A stretch of 64,000 bases of DNA. Origin: Chiloscyllium plagiosum (taxonomy: Eukaryota). The stretch lies in NCBI RefSeq assembly GCF_004010195.1, contig NC_057718.1, forward strand, positions 72,741,187 to 72,805,186, in the 5' to 3' direction. Numbering within the stretch: the stretch's first letter is position 1; the number at the start of each line of letters is the position of its first letter. Below are positions 25,696 to 38,489 of this stretch, in pieces. The notes under the pieces are model-generated. The model saw only the letters and a list, made by a program, of their open reading frames with translations. It did no database searches and was not told the DNA's origin. Position numbers and translations under genes: made by a program.

Positions 25696-25867
25696 TGTGA
25701 TTCAGAGATGCCGGTGTTGGACTGGGGTATACAAATTTTTGCTATAAATTCTGTGTTACGATAGAGCCCTCCACAATCACCTGATGAAGGAGCGTCGCTC
25801 CGAAAGCTAGTGTGCTTCCAATTAAACCTGTTGGACTATAACCTGGTGTTGTATGATTTTTAACTTT
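25696..25867 (+). mobile_element. Short Penelope-terminus insertion in the ERV RNase H region
   Basis: Near-identical to 470-600; 12-bp TSD gaaccaaggaga at 25684-25695 and 25868-25879. Confidence 0.85.
25778..25812 (+). ncRNA. Minimal hammerhead ribozyme motif
   Basis: CAC-CTGATGA-A-GGAGC(GTC)GCTCC-GAAA-GC-TA-GTG. Confidence 0.7.
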
Positions 25868-27399
25868 GAACCAAGGAGAGTTTGGGCTGTAGTAAATGAG
25901 AAAGGGAAAACTGTAGCAGGAAGAGCAGGTCTTGCTCAGCGTAGGTGGTAGAGTTACTAGTTTTATTGGAGGCTCTCAAACAGAGAGCGGACCACAAAAT
26001 TAACATTTAAACAGATAGAGTGCCCATTTGCAGTCATCCTCTATTAATGATGGCTTGGAAATGAAGAGGATATACCATCTCACATTCAGCATAAGCAAAG
26101 GGTTAGGGATTTGCTGGAAGCAGCCTGGCTCCCACAGAAGCAGCAGCATTAAAGATAAAATCATATTGGAAGATAGAAACACCACCACAAAGGGAAATGC
26201 TTGGGCTGATGAAGCAGCCACATGGTTTGGGCTCCCCAGAAGGTCAACCATTGGGGGCTGTTAATGGAGATACAGTTAATACCAAAGCGCTGCAGGAAGT
26301 TGCATGCAGTAGAACAAACCAAGGAACAGGAAAAGACAAAGTATGGAGAAAAGAGAGAAAGGTGGTAACATTACCACGCATACAGCAGAAATTTTTAAAT
26401 TTAGACCAAAGGCCCCAGCATGTAGGAAGGAACAAGATGACAAGCAAAATTACCTGATGCTGGTGGTGGTGGAAAGGGATGGGAGAGATGTGGCTAAACA
26501 CTGCCAACTTTGCCGCACCTGTAACCAACATGGTAAAGGTAGAGGCATTAAAGTAAGAATGGGATACCAACCCAGACTTAAGGGGCCCATAGCAACAATT
26601 ATAAATAGACTTCACTGACCATTACCCACTTCAAGAAGAAAAACTTACTGATAAATTAATCAGTTCACCAGGCATTCTTAACCCACTATTAAGGTAGCTC
26701 GAATATGTACTGAGGAAATCATACCTAGATGGGGAGTTCCATAGCAATTAATTCTGATCAGTGACACGTTTCCTGGAAGGTATCAAAGGGAACATGTGAA
26801 CTATTAGGGATAAAACAATGCTTCCACTTCCCAAATCATCCCCAAAACTCAGATAGTGGAAAAGAATGAACCAAAGTATAAATGCAGTATTAGGAAAAGC
26901 CCCAAGCGAGAATGGAAAAGGATGGGTAAACAGAGTGTTTATGAGACCTAGGACCACCCCAAATAGGACTACTGGACCATCTCCACACAAGTTAGTAACA
27001 AGGCTAGCTCTAATATTTCCTCACGGGGTTAGAAGAGGAGGTAAAGAGTTAGTAGTCACCAAATACTGAACCGGACAATATATGCAACTGTTATGCTGAC
27101 AGTTACGTGACTTAAAAGGAAAAGTTAGAGACCAACAGATTGTAGAAGACTTAAAAACAAAAACAGACATGAGTTAAGACAAATGCTACCCAAGCATTGG
27201 CAGATAAGGCAAAGGTGCAGATAGGAGCTCAAAGGGTAGGATTAGCACCAAGAAGACATGGGCCACAAAAGGTGCTAACAAGTAACACGTGTATGTGTGC
27301 GCACGCACATGAGAAGTAAAGGACACCGGAAACACTGGTCACAGGTGAAATAGCTAAACAAAACTAATACTAGTGACAACCGGAGACCTCTCTCTCCTC

Positions 27400-30300
27400 T
27401 ATGGATTTTTCCTACTCCTCCAAGTACGGTAATACGTGATCCTGACTGGGGAGCGTAATGCTATGCATTAAAGCGACCACGCAACCCAAAATCTCATATC
27501 TCAACCATATGAATCCAAAGATGTCAAGGTCGATAAAAAGATTTAACCCTCTGGAGAAGGCTTGATTATGTAGGGAATTGGAAGCCTCTGCAAACGCAAC
27601 ACATTACATGTACCAACTAATACACAAGGATCACTGTCATATGCTCATGTGGTGCCTGAGAAAATAAACTGGGGGAATTCAGACCCTTCCATAATGAGAT
27701 AGGATAAATTGAATTGGACATCAGAAAAGGTAGAAGCCCAGTGATATGGTGAAGAAACTTTACTTGGGGTTGGACATATTGGAGTTGGTCCATGCCCCCA
27801 CAAATACCAGTTTATAACAGTACTATCAGCTGCCCCCACATGGACTCTTGGTCAACTTTCTTCCCTGAAGATAATGATGGGGTAGCTAAGTACACAAAAG
27901 TATGGGGTACATTAGTACACTTGATCAGGGAAAGAACACATTGACAAGAATGGGATCAACAACCACAACAATCTCCAGTACCTGTGCAATATCTATCTTC
28001 CAGTACCATAAGACCATAATGCAAAACCAGGGAATGGTATAATAATGAAAAGATCCCACAAACGTTTTACGATGGGAGTGCCATACCAAATTGAGGTGGT
28101 GGTTTTCGAGCTAACTCCAACAGATTTGCCAGCCCAGTACGCTTCTCAAATCAGGCACTGCATATGACCTTACATAGAAACATAGAAACATAGAACAATA
28201 CAGCACAGAACAGACCCTTCGGCCCACGATGTTGTGCCGAACTTCTAACCTAGATTAAGTACCCATCCATGTACCTATCCAAATGCAGCTTAAAGGTCGC
28301 CAATGATTCCGACTCTACCACTCCCACGGGCAGCGCATTCCATGCCCCCACCACTCTCTGGGTAAAGAACCCACCCCTGACATCTCCCCAAAACCTTCCA
28401 CCCTTCACCTTAAATTTATGTCCCCTTGTAACACTCTGTTGTACCCAGGGAAAAAGTTTCTGACTGTCTACTCTATCTATTCCTCTGATCATCTTATAAA
28501 CCTCTATCAAGTCACCCCTCATCCTTCGCCGTTCCAACGAGAAAAGGCCGAGAACTCTCAACCTATCCTCGTACGACTTCCTCTCCATTCCAGGCAACAT
28601 CCTGGTAAATCTACTCTGCACCCTCTCCAAAGCTTCCACATCTTTCCTAAAGTGAGGCGACCAGAACTGCACACAGTACTCAAACTGTGGCCTAACCAAA
28701 TTCCTGTACAGCTGCAACATCACTTCACGACTCTTGAACTCAATCCCTCTGCTAATGAACGATAATACTCCATAGGCCTTCTTACAAACTCTATCCACCT
28801 GAGTGGCAACCTTCAAAGATCTATGTACATAGACCCCAAGATCCCTCTGTTCCTCCACCTGACTAAGAACCCTACCATTAACCCTGTATTCCGCATACTT
28901 ATTTGTTCTTCCAAAATGGACAACCTCACACGTGGCAGGGTTGAACTCCATCTGCCACTCCTCAGCCCAGCTCTGCATCATATCTAAGTCCCTCTGCAGC
29001 CGACAACAGCCCTCCTCACTGTCCACAACTCCACCTATCTTCGTATCATCTCCATTTCTCAGCCACTATATCCACTGCTCTACCCTCATCCACATGCTTG
29101 GTCACCTCCTCGAAGAATTCAATATGACTTGTAAGGCAAGACCTACCCTTCACAAATCTGTGCTGGCTGTCCCTAATCAAGCAGTGTCTTTCCAGATACT
29201 CGTAAATCCTATCCCTCAGTACCCTTTCCATTACTTTGCCTACCACAGAAGTAAGACTAACAGGCCTGTAATTCCCGGGGTTATCCCTATTCCCTTTTTT
29301 GAACAGGGGCACAACATTCGCTACTCTCCAGTCCCCTGGTACCACCCCCGTTGCCAGTGAAGACGAGAAGATCATTGCCAACGGTACTGCACTTTCCTCT
29401 CTTGCTTCCCACATAATCCTAGGATATATCCCGTCAGGCCCGGGGGACTTGTCTATCCTCAAGTTGTTCAAAATGTCCAACACATCTTCCTTCCTAACAG
29501 GTATCTCTTCTAGCTTACCAGTCCATTTCACACTCTCCTCTTCTACAATACGGTCCCTCTCGTTCGTAAATACTGAAGAGAAGTACTTGTTCAAGACCTC
29601 TCCTATCTCTTCCGACTCAATACACAGTCTCCCACTACTGTCCTTGATCGGACCTACCTTGCTGCATACGCACCTCTAGGTGCAATCTAAAAGGCAAGGG
29701 AGAAGAATCAAGAGGACTGGTGGAATTAGCAGAAGCCAGATATGCTTTTGTGGTAGCAACAGTAAACATCTTGACATTGAAGCCCTCAACTCAAAGATTG
29801 AGGAACTTTACAAAGAAATGAGAGGGGAGCACAAATAACAGGGGAAGACTATAAAATCATAAATAAGGCAGGAGGAGAAGGAATTAAGATCATCTACAAG
29901 ACCATTGGAAGTCTCCGACCCCGACCAATACATTAAACACCATTATCATTAGAGTATCTCACAATTAATGAGGAACCAATAGGATGCAGATATGCTCTCT
30001 GGATGGAGCCTGAACCCTAAACCAAATCAGCAAGAATCTGTTGCAAACACAACAAGGGAGGATTCCAGATTGGATTGGAAGATGAAGATTTGGAAAGATA
30101 GAGTTAGGCAAAGTGCTACCATTGTAACCCAACATCACTGAGGTAGGTTCTGAAACCAAGAGGAAACTGCAAGAAAAGGGGTAGCTTGTATATAGGACTC
30201 ATCCTACTGTTACCAACCTTTAGAATAAATCTCTCCATATCTCCACAATACTGGCCACTTTCAGCAACAAGCCCAAATACTTACAACATGTGAGATGAAG

Positions 30301-30900
30301 TGGGAAAGGGAAGTCACAGGAGTAGACTCTCAAGAGTGTACAAATACCCCAAAACAATGGTATGGTCTCCTCCTATCTGGAAGAACCCAAGACACACTGG
30401 TGAACTTAAAAATGGGAGTAAACTGTTCTTAATTCATTCGCCCAGAAAGCAATACTCACATAGCCCAACCAAAGCAGTGAATTATTACACAAGAAACATT
30501 TTACCAAGCAGAAGGGATTAATCACTGTTTACCCTCTCCTAATGTACTTACTTATAAAGGACTCCTCCTCTTTATATAGAGAATACGGAACTGATCCTAC
30601 CTCCAAAGGAAGGAGGTGAGGAAGAGTGTGTCCAAGGAATGGAGGGTGAGGATCTTAAATCGTACCATATCCCTGAGCTACCCAAAATATCACAGCTAAG
30701 ATTACCAGACACCAGCTTATGCGAGAACCAAAGGAACTTATAACAAGACAGAGCAAGAGATTGATCAACATAACAAGGACACGACACTAAACCTTTTGAT
30801 TAAGGGCTTCTTGAGACCATATGGAAATGGGGACTAAATGTGGATAAGAATTGCCTCGCAGTCCAACTAATTCTAAGTCTCAGTCAGATGATTAGCACAC
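27400..30900 (+). pseudogene. ERV env remnant (interrupted by CR1 at 28170-29657)
   Basis: Position between IN and PPT; furin-like RIKR at 29704-29715 followed, after a frameshift, by GLVELAEARYAFVVATVN..DIEALNSKIEEL; later GRIPDWI and WKWG..WIRIAS. Confidence 0.65.
28170..29657 (-). mobile_element. 5'-truncated CR1 LINE inserted in ERV env
   Basis: ORFs 29046-29594 and 28250-29026 (KSPGPDGIYP, PGNYRPVSLTS, RPQFEYCVQFW) with an internal deletion; (tttctatg)n tail at ~28172-28195. Confidence 0.92.
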
Positions 30901-30926
30901 TGGAGGAAGAAGGAGAAAGGTAGGAC

Positions 30927-31735
30927 TGATATACGGGAGGTAGCATTTAAGGAGATGCAGAGTTTAACAAGGGGTTAGTACTGCTGCCTCTCAGTGCCAG
31001 GGGCCCTGTTTCAATTCCAGCCTCAGGCGACTGTCTGTGTGGAGTTTATGTCTCCATGTTTGCATGGTTCCCTCTGGGTGCTCCAATTTCCTCCCATAAT
31101 CCAAAGATGTGCAAGTTAGGTGAACTGGCCGTGCTAAATTGCCCATAGTGTACAGGGATGTGTAGGTTAGGTGCATTAGTCAGGCGTAAATGTAGAGCAA
31201 TAACGTAGGGGAATGGGTCTGAGGGGGTTACTCTTTTGAGGGTCAGTGTGGACTTGTTGGGCCGAAGGGCCTGTTTCCACACTGTAGAAATTTTATGATT
31301 CTATGAAATGGCAAGCATATGAAAAAATTAGCTTAAACGAGCAAGCTATTGCCCAAAAGTGAGATCTGAAGAAGACTGAAACTGGGAAATTAGCCACATA
31401 GATGCGCTACATGCAACAACCCATGGAATATTCAGCACCACATTATGCAAAAAAGTGTTAGACATAACCACAGTTTGCTCTGTTAATAGTTGTAATCATG
31501 TGTAAAGGGACTCAGGACTTGTAAAGTGATCAAGCAGTTGCAATTATGTAAAAAGAGACGTGGGAACCATAAAAAGTGATGAAGCAGTTGTAGTCATGTA
31601 CAAAGGTGTGCACTTGATCAGTCACCAGAGTTTGCTCAGACTCATGCTCCCTGTATATGCTTGAATAAACCAACATTTGAAGAACACTCATGATCAGATC
31701 TGCAAGAAGTGAGTTGAGTGGCGTTCTTCCCCCAG
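30927..31735 (+). repeat. ERV 3' LTR with PPT upstream and a SINE inserted at ~30971-31305
   Basis: Purine tract gaggaagaaggagaaaggtaggac then TG; homology to 4890-5200; AATAAA at 31664. Confidence 0.75.
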
Positions 31736-33256
31736 CGTTCACTATTTCGGCCATTCACTACTTCTTTCTATTCATTTTCCCCTCTTGTATTCCATTTATT
31801 TTCCTTTAGAGAACATTTGGGGTTATTGCTTTCAATTACTATCCAAAAACATTTCTCTTCATTATTTTCTTGCATTTATTGGTAGTTACCTTGTAACTAT
31901 GGCCACTATATCTGAACTCCCTCACATTAAGAGTTGTACAGCACAGAAACAGACTCTTCAGTCCAACTCATCCATGCTGATCCAATTGAACTGAACTAGC
32001 CCCATTTGTCCACATTTGGTCTAGTTCCCTCTAAACCTTTCTTATTGTATCTGTCTAAATGTCCTTTACATGTTGTAATTGTACTCACCTCTACCACTTC
32101 CTCTGGCAGCTCATTCCAAAAATGTACACCCATCTGTATGAAAAAGTTCACCCTCCGGTTCATTTTAAATCCTTTCCCTCTCACTTTGGATCTATTTGCC
32201 CTCTAGTTTTGGACTTCCCTACCCTGGGAAAAGGACCTTGGCCATTCACTTTATCTATGAATCATATCATTTTATAAAGCTCTAGAAGGTCACCCCTCAG
32301 CCTTCTACACTCCAGGATACAAAGTCCCAACCTATCCAGCCTCTCCTTAAATCTCAAATCCTTCAGTCTCAGTAACATCCTTGTACATCATCTTTGCATC
32401 CCTTCCAGTGCAATAACATCCTCCCTATAGTACGGCAACCAGAATTGTACGCAGTACTCCAAATGTGGCCTTAACAATGTCCTGTACAGCCGTAACATGC
32501 CGCCCCAGCTCATATATGCAATGCTCTGATCAATGAAGGCAAGCATCTCAAATGCTTTCTTTCCAACCTTGCCCACCTGTGATGCCACTTTCACTGAACT
32601 ATGCACCTCCATTCTTCAAAACCACTATTTGGCAACACTCTCCAAGAACCTACCATTAACTGAGTCAGTCCTGTACTGGTTTGTCTTACCAAGATGAAAA
32701 TCTTGCATTTATCGAAATTAAGCTCCATTTTGCCATTTTTCAGTTAATCAAGATCCCATTGTACTGGTAGATAACCTTCTTCACTGTTTACTAAATCACA
32801 AACTTTGGTATCATCTGCAAACTTACTAGCCATGTCTCCTATATTCTCATCTAAAATTGTTTATATAAATGATGAACAACAGTGGATCCAGCACTGATCC
32901 TTGCAGCACACCACTGGTCAAATACCTACAGTCTGAACAACAGCCCTCTACAACCACCCTCAGTCTCCTCCATAAAGCCAATTTTGTATTCAATTGGCTA
33001 GCTGTCCCTGGATCTCATGTGCGATCTAATCTTATTAGCTTGTCTACTACACAAACTTGTCGAAAGTCTTTCTAAAGTCCATGTAGACAACATCTACCAC
33101 TCTGCATTCATGGGTCTTGGTCACCTCTTCAAAAAAACTCAATCAAGTTTGAGAGACACTATTTCCCATGCACAAAAGCAGCCAAACCATCTCCGAACAG
33201 TGCTTGCCTTTCCAAATGCACGTAGATCTTGTCTCCCAGAATTTCCCCAACACCGT

Positions 33257-33569
33257 GGGCGGCACGGTGGCACAGTGGTTAGCACTGCTGCCTCGCAGCG
33301 CCAGAGACCCGGGTTCAATTCCTGACTCGGGCGACTGACTGTGTGGAGTTTGCACGTTCTCCCAGTGTCTGCGTGGGTTTCCTCCGGGTGCTCCGGTTTC
33401 CTCCCACAGTCCAAAGATGTGCAGGTTAGGTGAATTGGCCATACTAAATTGCCCGTAGTGTTAGGTAAGGGGTAAATGTAGGGGTATGGGTGGGTTTCGC
33501 TTCGGCGGGTCGGTGTGGACTTGTTGGGCCGATGGGCCTGTTTCCACACTGTAATCTAATCTAATCTAA
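33257..33569 (+). mobile_element. HE1-like SINE
   Basis: Near-identical family copy. Confidence 0.9.
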
Positions 33570-33579
33570 CCTCTGATGT

Positions 33580-33780
33580 CAGTATTAGAGTGGCGCTGGA
33601 AAAGCATAGCAGGTCAGGCAGCATCTGAGAAGCAGGAAAATCGATGTTCTGGGCAAAGACTCTTCATCAGCCTTTGCCCGAAACATCAATTTTCCTCCTC
33701 CTTGGATGCTGCCTGACCTGCTGTGCTTTTTCAGCACCACTCTAACCTTGATTCTAACCTCCAGTATCTGCAGTATCCAT
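33580..33780. mobile_element. Small inverted pair of Penelope termini
   Basis: gcaggtcaggcagcatc ... gatgctgcctgacctgc inverted arms, same terminus family as 42600-42730. Confidence 0.7.
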
Positions 33781-33984
33781 CTCCACCACTGACATCAGCC
33801 TTACTAAACAGTAGTTATCTGACCTTTCTTTACAACCCTTCTTAAATAGCTGCACATTTGCAACTCTCTAGTCTTCTGGCACCTCATACATGGTTGTCAA
33901 TGATAGAAGTATCTCTGCTCGGGGCCCCACAATTTCTTCCCTAGATCCCACAATGTCCTGGCAGACACTTAATCAGTTCCCAGT

Positions 33985-36420
33985 GAAATAAGAGGGCAAA
34001 ATGGAGGAAACTGAAGTTAAAGAGATTTTTTAAAAATACATTAAGGACAAAAGGAAAACTAGGGAGAGAATTGGGTCTCTCAAAGATCAGCAAGGCAGCC
34101 TATGTGTGGAGCTGCAGAAGGTGGGAGAGATACTAAACGAGTATTTTGCATCAGTGTTTACTGTGGAAAATGACATGGAAGATACAGAATGTTGGGGAAA
34201 TAGATGGTGATATTTTGAAAAATCTCCATATTACAGAGGTGGTGGGTGCTGGATGCTCCAAAATGCAAAGAAGTGGATAAATCCCCAGGACCTGATCAGG
34301 TGTACCCTAGAACTCTGTGGGAAGCTAGAGAAGTGATTGCTGGGCCGCTTGCTGAGATATTTGTATCAAGTGTTACAGGTGAGGTGCCAGGAGACTGGAG
34401 GTTGGCTAACGAGGTGCCACTGCTTAAGAAGGGTGGTAAGGACAAGCCAGGGAACTATAGACCAGTGAGCCTGACATCGGTGGTGGGCAAGTTATTGGAG
34501 GGAATCTGGAGGGACAGGATGTACATATATTTGGCAAGGTAAGGACTGATTAGGGATAGTCAACATGGCTTTGAGTGTGAGAAATCATGCCTCACAAACT
34601 TAACTGAGCTTTTTGAAAAAGTAACAAAGAAAATTAATGAGGGTAGAGGTACAGATACGATCTATATGGACTTCAGTAAAGCATTCGACAAGGTTCCCCA
34701 TGGGAGACTGGCTATCAAGGTTGGATCTCAAGGAATACAAGGAGAACTAGCCATTTGGATATAGAACTGGCTTGAAGATAGAAGACAGAGGTTGGTGGTG
34801 GATGCTTGCTTTTCTAACTCGAGCCTGTGACCAGTAGAGTGCCACAAGGAATGGTGCTGGGTCTACTACTTTTCATAATTTATATAAATGATTTGAATGT
34901 GAACATCGGAGGTATAGTTAGCAAGTTTGCAGATGACACCAAAATTTGAGGTGCAGCAGACAGCGAGGTAGTACAACAGGATCTTGATCAGATGGGCCAA
35001 TAAGCTGAGGAGTGGCAGATGGAGTTTAATTTAGAAAATTGCGAGGTGCTGCATTTTGGAAAAACAAATCAGAGCAGGACTTATAAACTTAATGGTAAGG
35101 TCCTAGGGAGTGTTGCTGAACAAAGAGACCCTCGCAGGTAAAGAGAATAGTGAAGAAGGAGTTTAGTATGCTCTCCTTTATTGGTATTGAGTACAATAGT
35201 TGGGAGGTCATGTTGTGGCTGTACAGGACATTGGTAAGGCCACATTTGGAATATTGCATGCAATTCTAATGCTTTCCTATTGGAAGGATGTTGTGAAACC
35301 TGAAAAGGGTTCAGGAAAGATTCACAAGGATGTTGCCAGGATTGTAGAATTTGAACTATCCGGAGAAGCTGTTTTCCCTGCAGCAGAGGCTAAGGGGTGA
35401 CGTTATAGAGGTATATAGAACATAGAACATAGAAGAATACAGCGCAGTACAGGCCCTTGGGCCCTCGATGTTGCGCCGATCCAAGCCCACCTAAACTACA
35501 CTAACCCACTATCCTCCATATACCTATCCAATGCCCTCTTAAATGCCCATAAAGAGGGAGAGTCCACCACTGTTACTGGCAGGGCATTCCATGAACTAAC
35601 GACTCGCTGAGTGAAGAACCTACCCCTAACATCAGTCCTATATCTACCCCACCTTAATTTAAAGCTATGCCCCCTTGTAATACCCGACTCAATACGCGGG
35701 AAAAGGTTCATACTGTCGACCCTATCTAACCCCCTAATCATCTTGTACACCTCAATCAAGTCACCCCTAAACCTTCTTTTCTCTAGTGAAAACAGCCCCA
35801 ACTGCCTCAGTCTTTCCTCATACGATTTTCCTTCCATACCAGGCAACATCCTGGTAAACCTCCTCTGCACCCGCACCAATGCCTCCACATCCTTCCTATA
35901 GTATGGCGACCAAAACTGCACACAATATTCCAGATGCGGCCGAACCAGAGTCTTATACAACTGCATCATGACCTCAGGACTCCCGAACTCAATTCCTCTA
36001 CCAATAAAAGCCAGTACGCCATATGCCTTCCTCACCGCACTATTTACCTGGGTGGCAACTTTCAGAGATCTGTGTACATGGACACCAAGATCCCTCTGCT
36101 CATCCACACTACCAAGTATCCGACCATTAGCCCAGTACCCCATCTATTAGCCCAGTACCCCATCTGCAAAGGAGCAACTTTTTCATGCAGAGGGTGGTGC
36201 GTGTATGGAATGAGCTGCCAGAGGAAGTGGTGGAGGCTGGTACAATTACAACATTTAAAAGGCATCTGGATGGGTATATGAATAGGAAAGGTTCGGGGGG
36301 ATATGGACCAAATACTGGCGAGTGGGACTAGATCAGTTTAGGATATCTGGTCAGCATGGACGAATTGGACTGAAGGGTCTGTTTCCGTGCTGTACATCTC
36401 TGTGACTGTCTGACTCTATG
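33985..36420 (+). mobile_element. Degraded CR1 LINE with a younger opposite-strand CR1 3' end inserted at ~35415-36165
   Basis: KSPGPDQVYP, PGNYRPVSLTS on +; ORF 35496-36143 on - (215 aa CR1 ORF2 C-terminus). Confidence 0.85.
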
Positions 36421-38489
36421 GCAAGGGCAGCAAATACATGGGAACACCATCCCCTACAAATTTCCCTCCAACCCACTCTCCATTCTGACTTGCAAATATA
36501 TTTCTGTTTCTTCAGTGTCACTGGAATTCCCTCCCTCACAGCATTGTGGGTCTACCTGCAACAAATGGACTGCAGAAGTTCAAGACGACAGCTCACCACC
36601 ACCTTCCCAAGGTAATCAGTGTTGGGCTGTGTATACTGGCTCAGCCAACAACACCCACATTCCATAAGTGAATTAAAACAACAATGACAATTTAATAGAG
36701 TGATGCCTGAAACAAAAAAGACTAAGTTACTGCCTAAAGATGTCTTTCAGTTATTGGAAATGAAAAAATTTTGTGATCTCGTTGATATCTATGAAAAAAA
36801 ATTAAATGAGTTGGTTGGTCTCAAATCTGCTCAGAGAATCCAGGGTAAATGTATGTAGTCATTGTAAGCAGTCCAGAGATGAGCAGGTTAGGTGGGTTAG
36901 CCATGCTAAATTGACCATAATGTCCAGGGATGTGTGCGATTGGTGGATTAGCTATGGGGAAATGCAGGATAAGGGGGCAGTGGGTCTGTGTGGGCTTGAT
37001 GGGCCCAATGACCTGATTCCACGTTGTAGGGAGTCTATGATCTGATGATTTCTAACCTATTCGGACATGTTACTATACATCTGGAGGGCAGATGGGATTT
37101 AAACATGGGCCTTCTTGAACAGAGGTCAGGACACTACCATTATGTCACAAATCCCTCTGAGTGTCTGATGTTCTACCAACTGAACCACCTCAACTCCAAT
37201 ATGAAAATTGAAAGAGTAAAACACCCTTATTTCTAAAGCACTGATCCTTATTGATTCAAATTTAAGAAATGTGTCCATTAATTTGGTCACAGTAACTCCA
37301 GTGAAGAACAACATAATAGCAACCAGATGGTCAGTAACATTCTTCCATGGACATGAAATCTGAGAAAAATACATTTTTTTCACTGGAGAATGAGAACACA
37401 GATTGTATTTCATCAAAAGATCAACAATGGGCATTTCATTGTGTGTTTAAAAATGGGATTACTTTTTAATTCAAATTTTCCATCAAGAGGCCGCTGATTT
37501 GTGGAATTTTCTCAGTATGATCATGCCTTCCAATCTCTCCTAAGTTGTTTTCATTCAATACATAAACATTCATTACCACAAACATCTCGGTAAGGAAATT
37601 AAATTTAAAGCCCGTGAATTTAGAACGTGCAGCGGGTATATTTCCAGTAGCTCACTTATACGTTTCATTCTGAAATGCTTTCTGGGGCAGGTTCTTTGCT
37701 CTTCTGCAGGTGCCATCATGAATAAGATGGTCTCACAGGCTCAGAGACAGTGGATAGGAGGGAAATGGACCAAGCAGACCGTGACATCAATCAGCGTGGA
37801 ATGAAGTTCCAATGCCAACCTCTTCAGAGCTCAATGTGCCAGTAGGTACCATCCTTCACCCGCACTAATTAAAAGAATAGTCTGTTTCCAGGTTGACTGA
37901 CAATTAATATCTACTGGCTGCTGCTGATTTTGTAGAATTTCTGAGGGGTTTATATTTTCATTCAAAGTTGTTAAAGTCTCCATGAATTGTAATAAGTGCA
38001 AATGGAAGAAATTCTGATTTCATGGCTTCAGCGGCTCACCCGCTTCCTGACCTCTCTGTCACCATTTTTTCTTTGGGTGCTGGAAATTTTGTCATGAGAT
38101 GTCCTCATAGCATCCTCTCCCTCCACCACATCCCTCCCACTCTTATGCTTGAGGATCTCCCTGCTTTAGAATCTGGCTCTGCTGAGCAAGCTGACATTAG
38201 TCCCCTTTGCATCCTTTGTGATCACATTTTTTTTTATTCATTCACGAAATGAGGGTGCCGCTGGCTAGGCCAGCATTTATTGCCCATCCCTACATAGCTG
38301 CCGGGCTAGAGTCATGTCCTTAGGGGAGTGGGAGGGGGAGTTGAAGTAGTCAGCCACAGGATGGTGGGATTGTTTGGTGCGTGGTCATAGAGATATTCCC
38401 TGAAAGATATTTATTGAATTCAAATTCCACAACCTGCCATGGCAGGTCCCAGAGCTCTACCTGAGTCTCTGGATTAACAGTCTACAATT

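Larger units (their letters stand above)
24975..27355 (+). pseudogene. ERV RT thumb/tether, RNase H and integrase (degraded)
   Basis: FVQLKTAMCSTLALGL..SK..HLY; RPIGYY; YIVDGS (25648); GNAWADEAA (26193); WWKGM.RDVAKHCQLCRTC zinc finger (~26460-26525); IDFT; IIPRWGVP..SDQ; MNQSI; RTTPNRTTGPSPH; HWSQVK*. Confidence 0.9.
4890..31735 (+). mobile_element. Ancient fragmented endogenous retrovirus (overall span, interrupted by younger insertions)
   Basis: Two homologous LTRs, PBS, PPT and collinear degraded PR, RT, RNase H, IN and env motifs, all on the + strand. Confidence 0.85.
31930..33985 (-). mobile_element. Degraded CR1 LINE (RT and tail)
   Basis: RPHLEYCVQFW, GSVL(D)PLLF-like segments. Confidence 0.8.
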
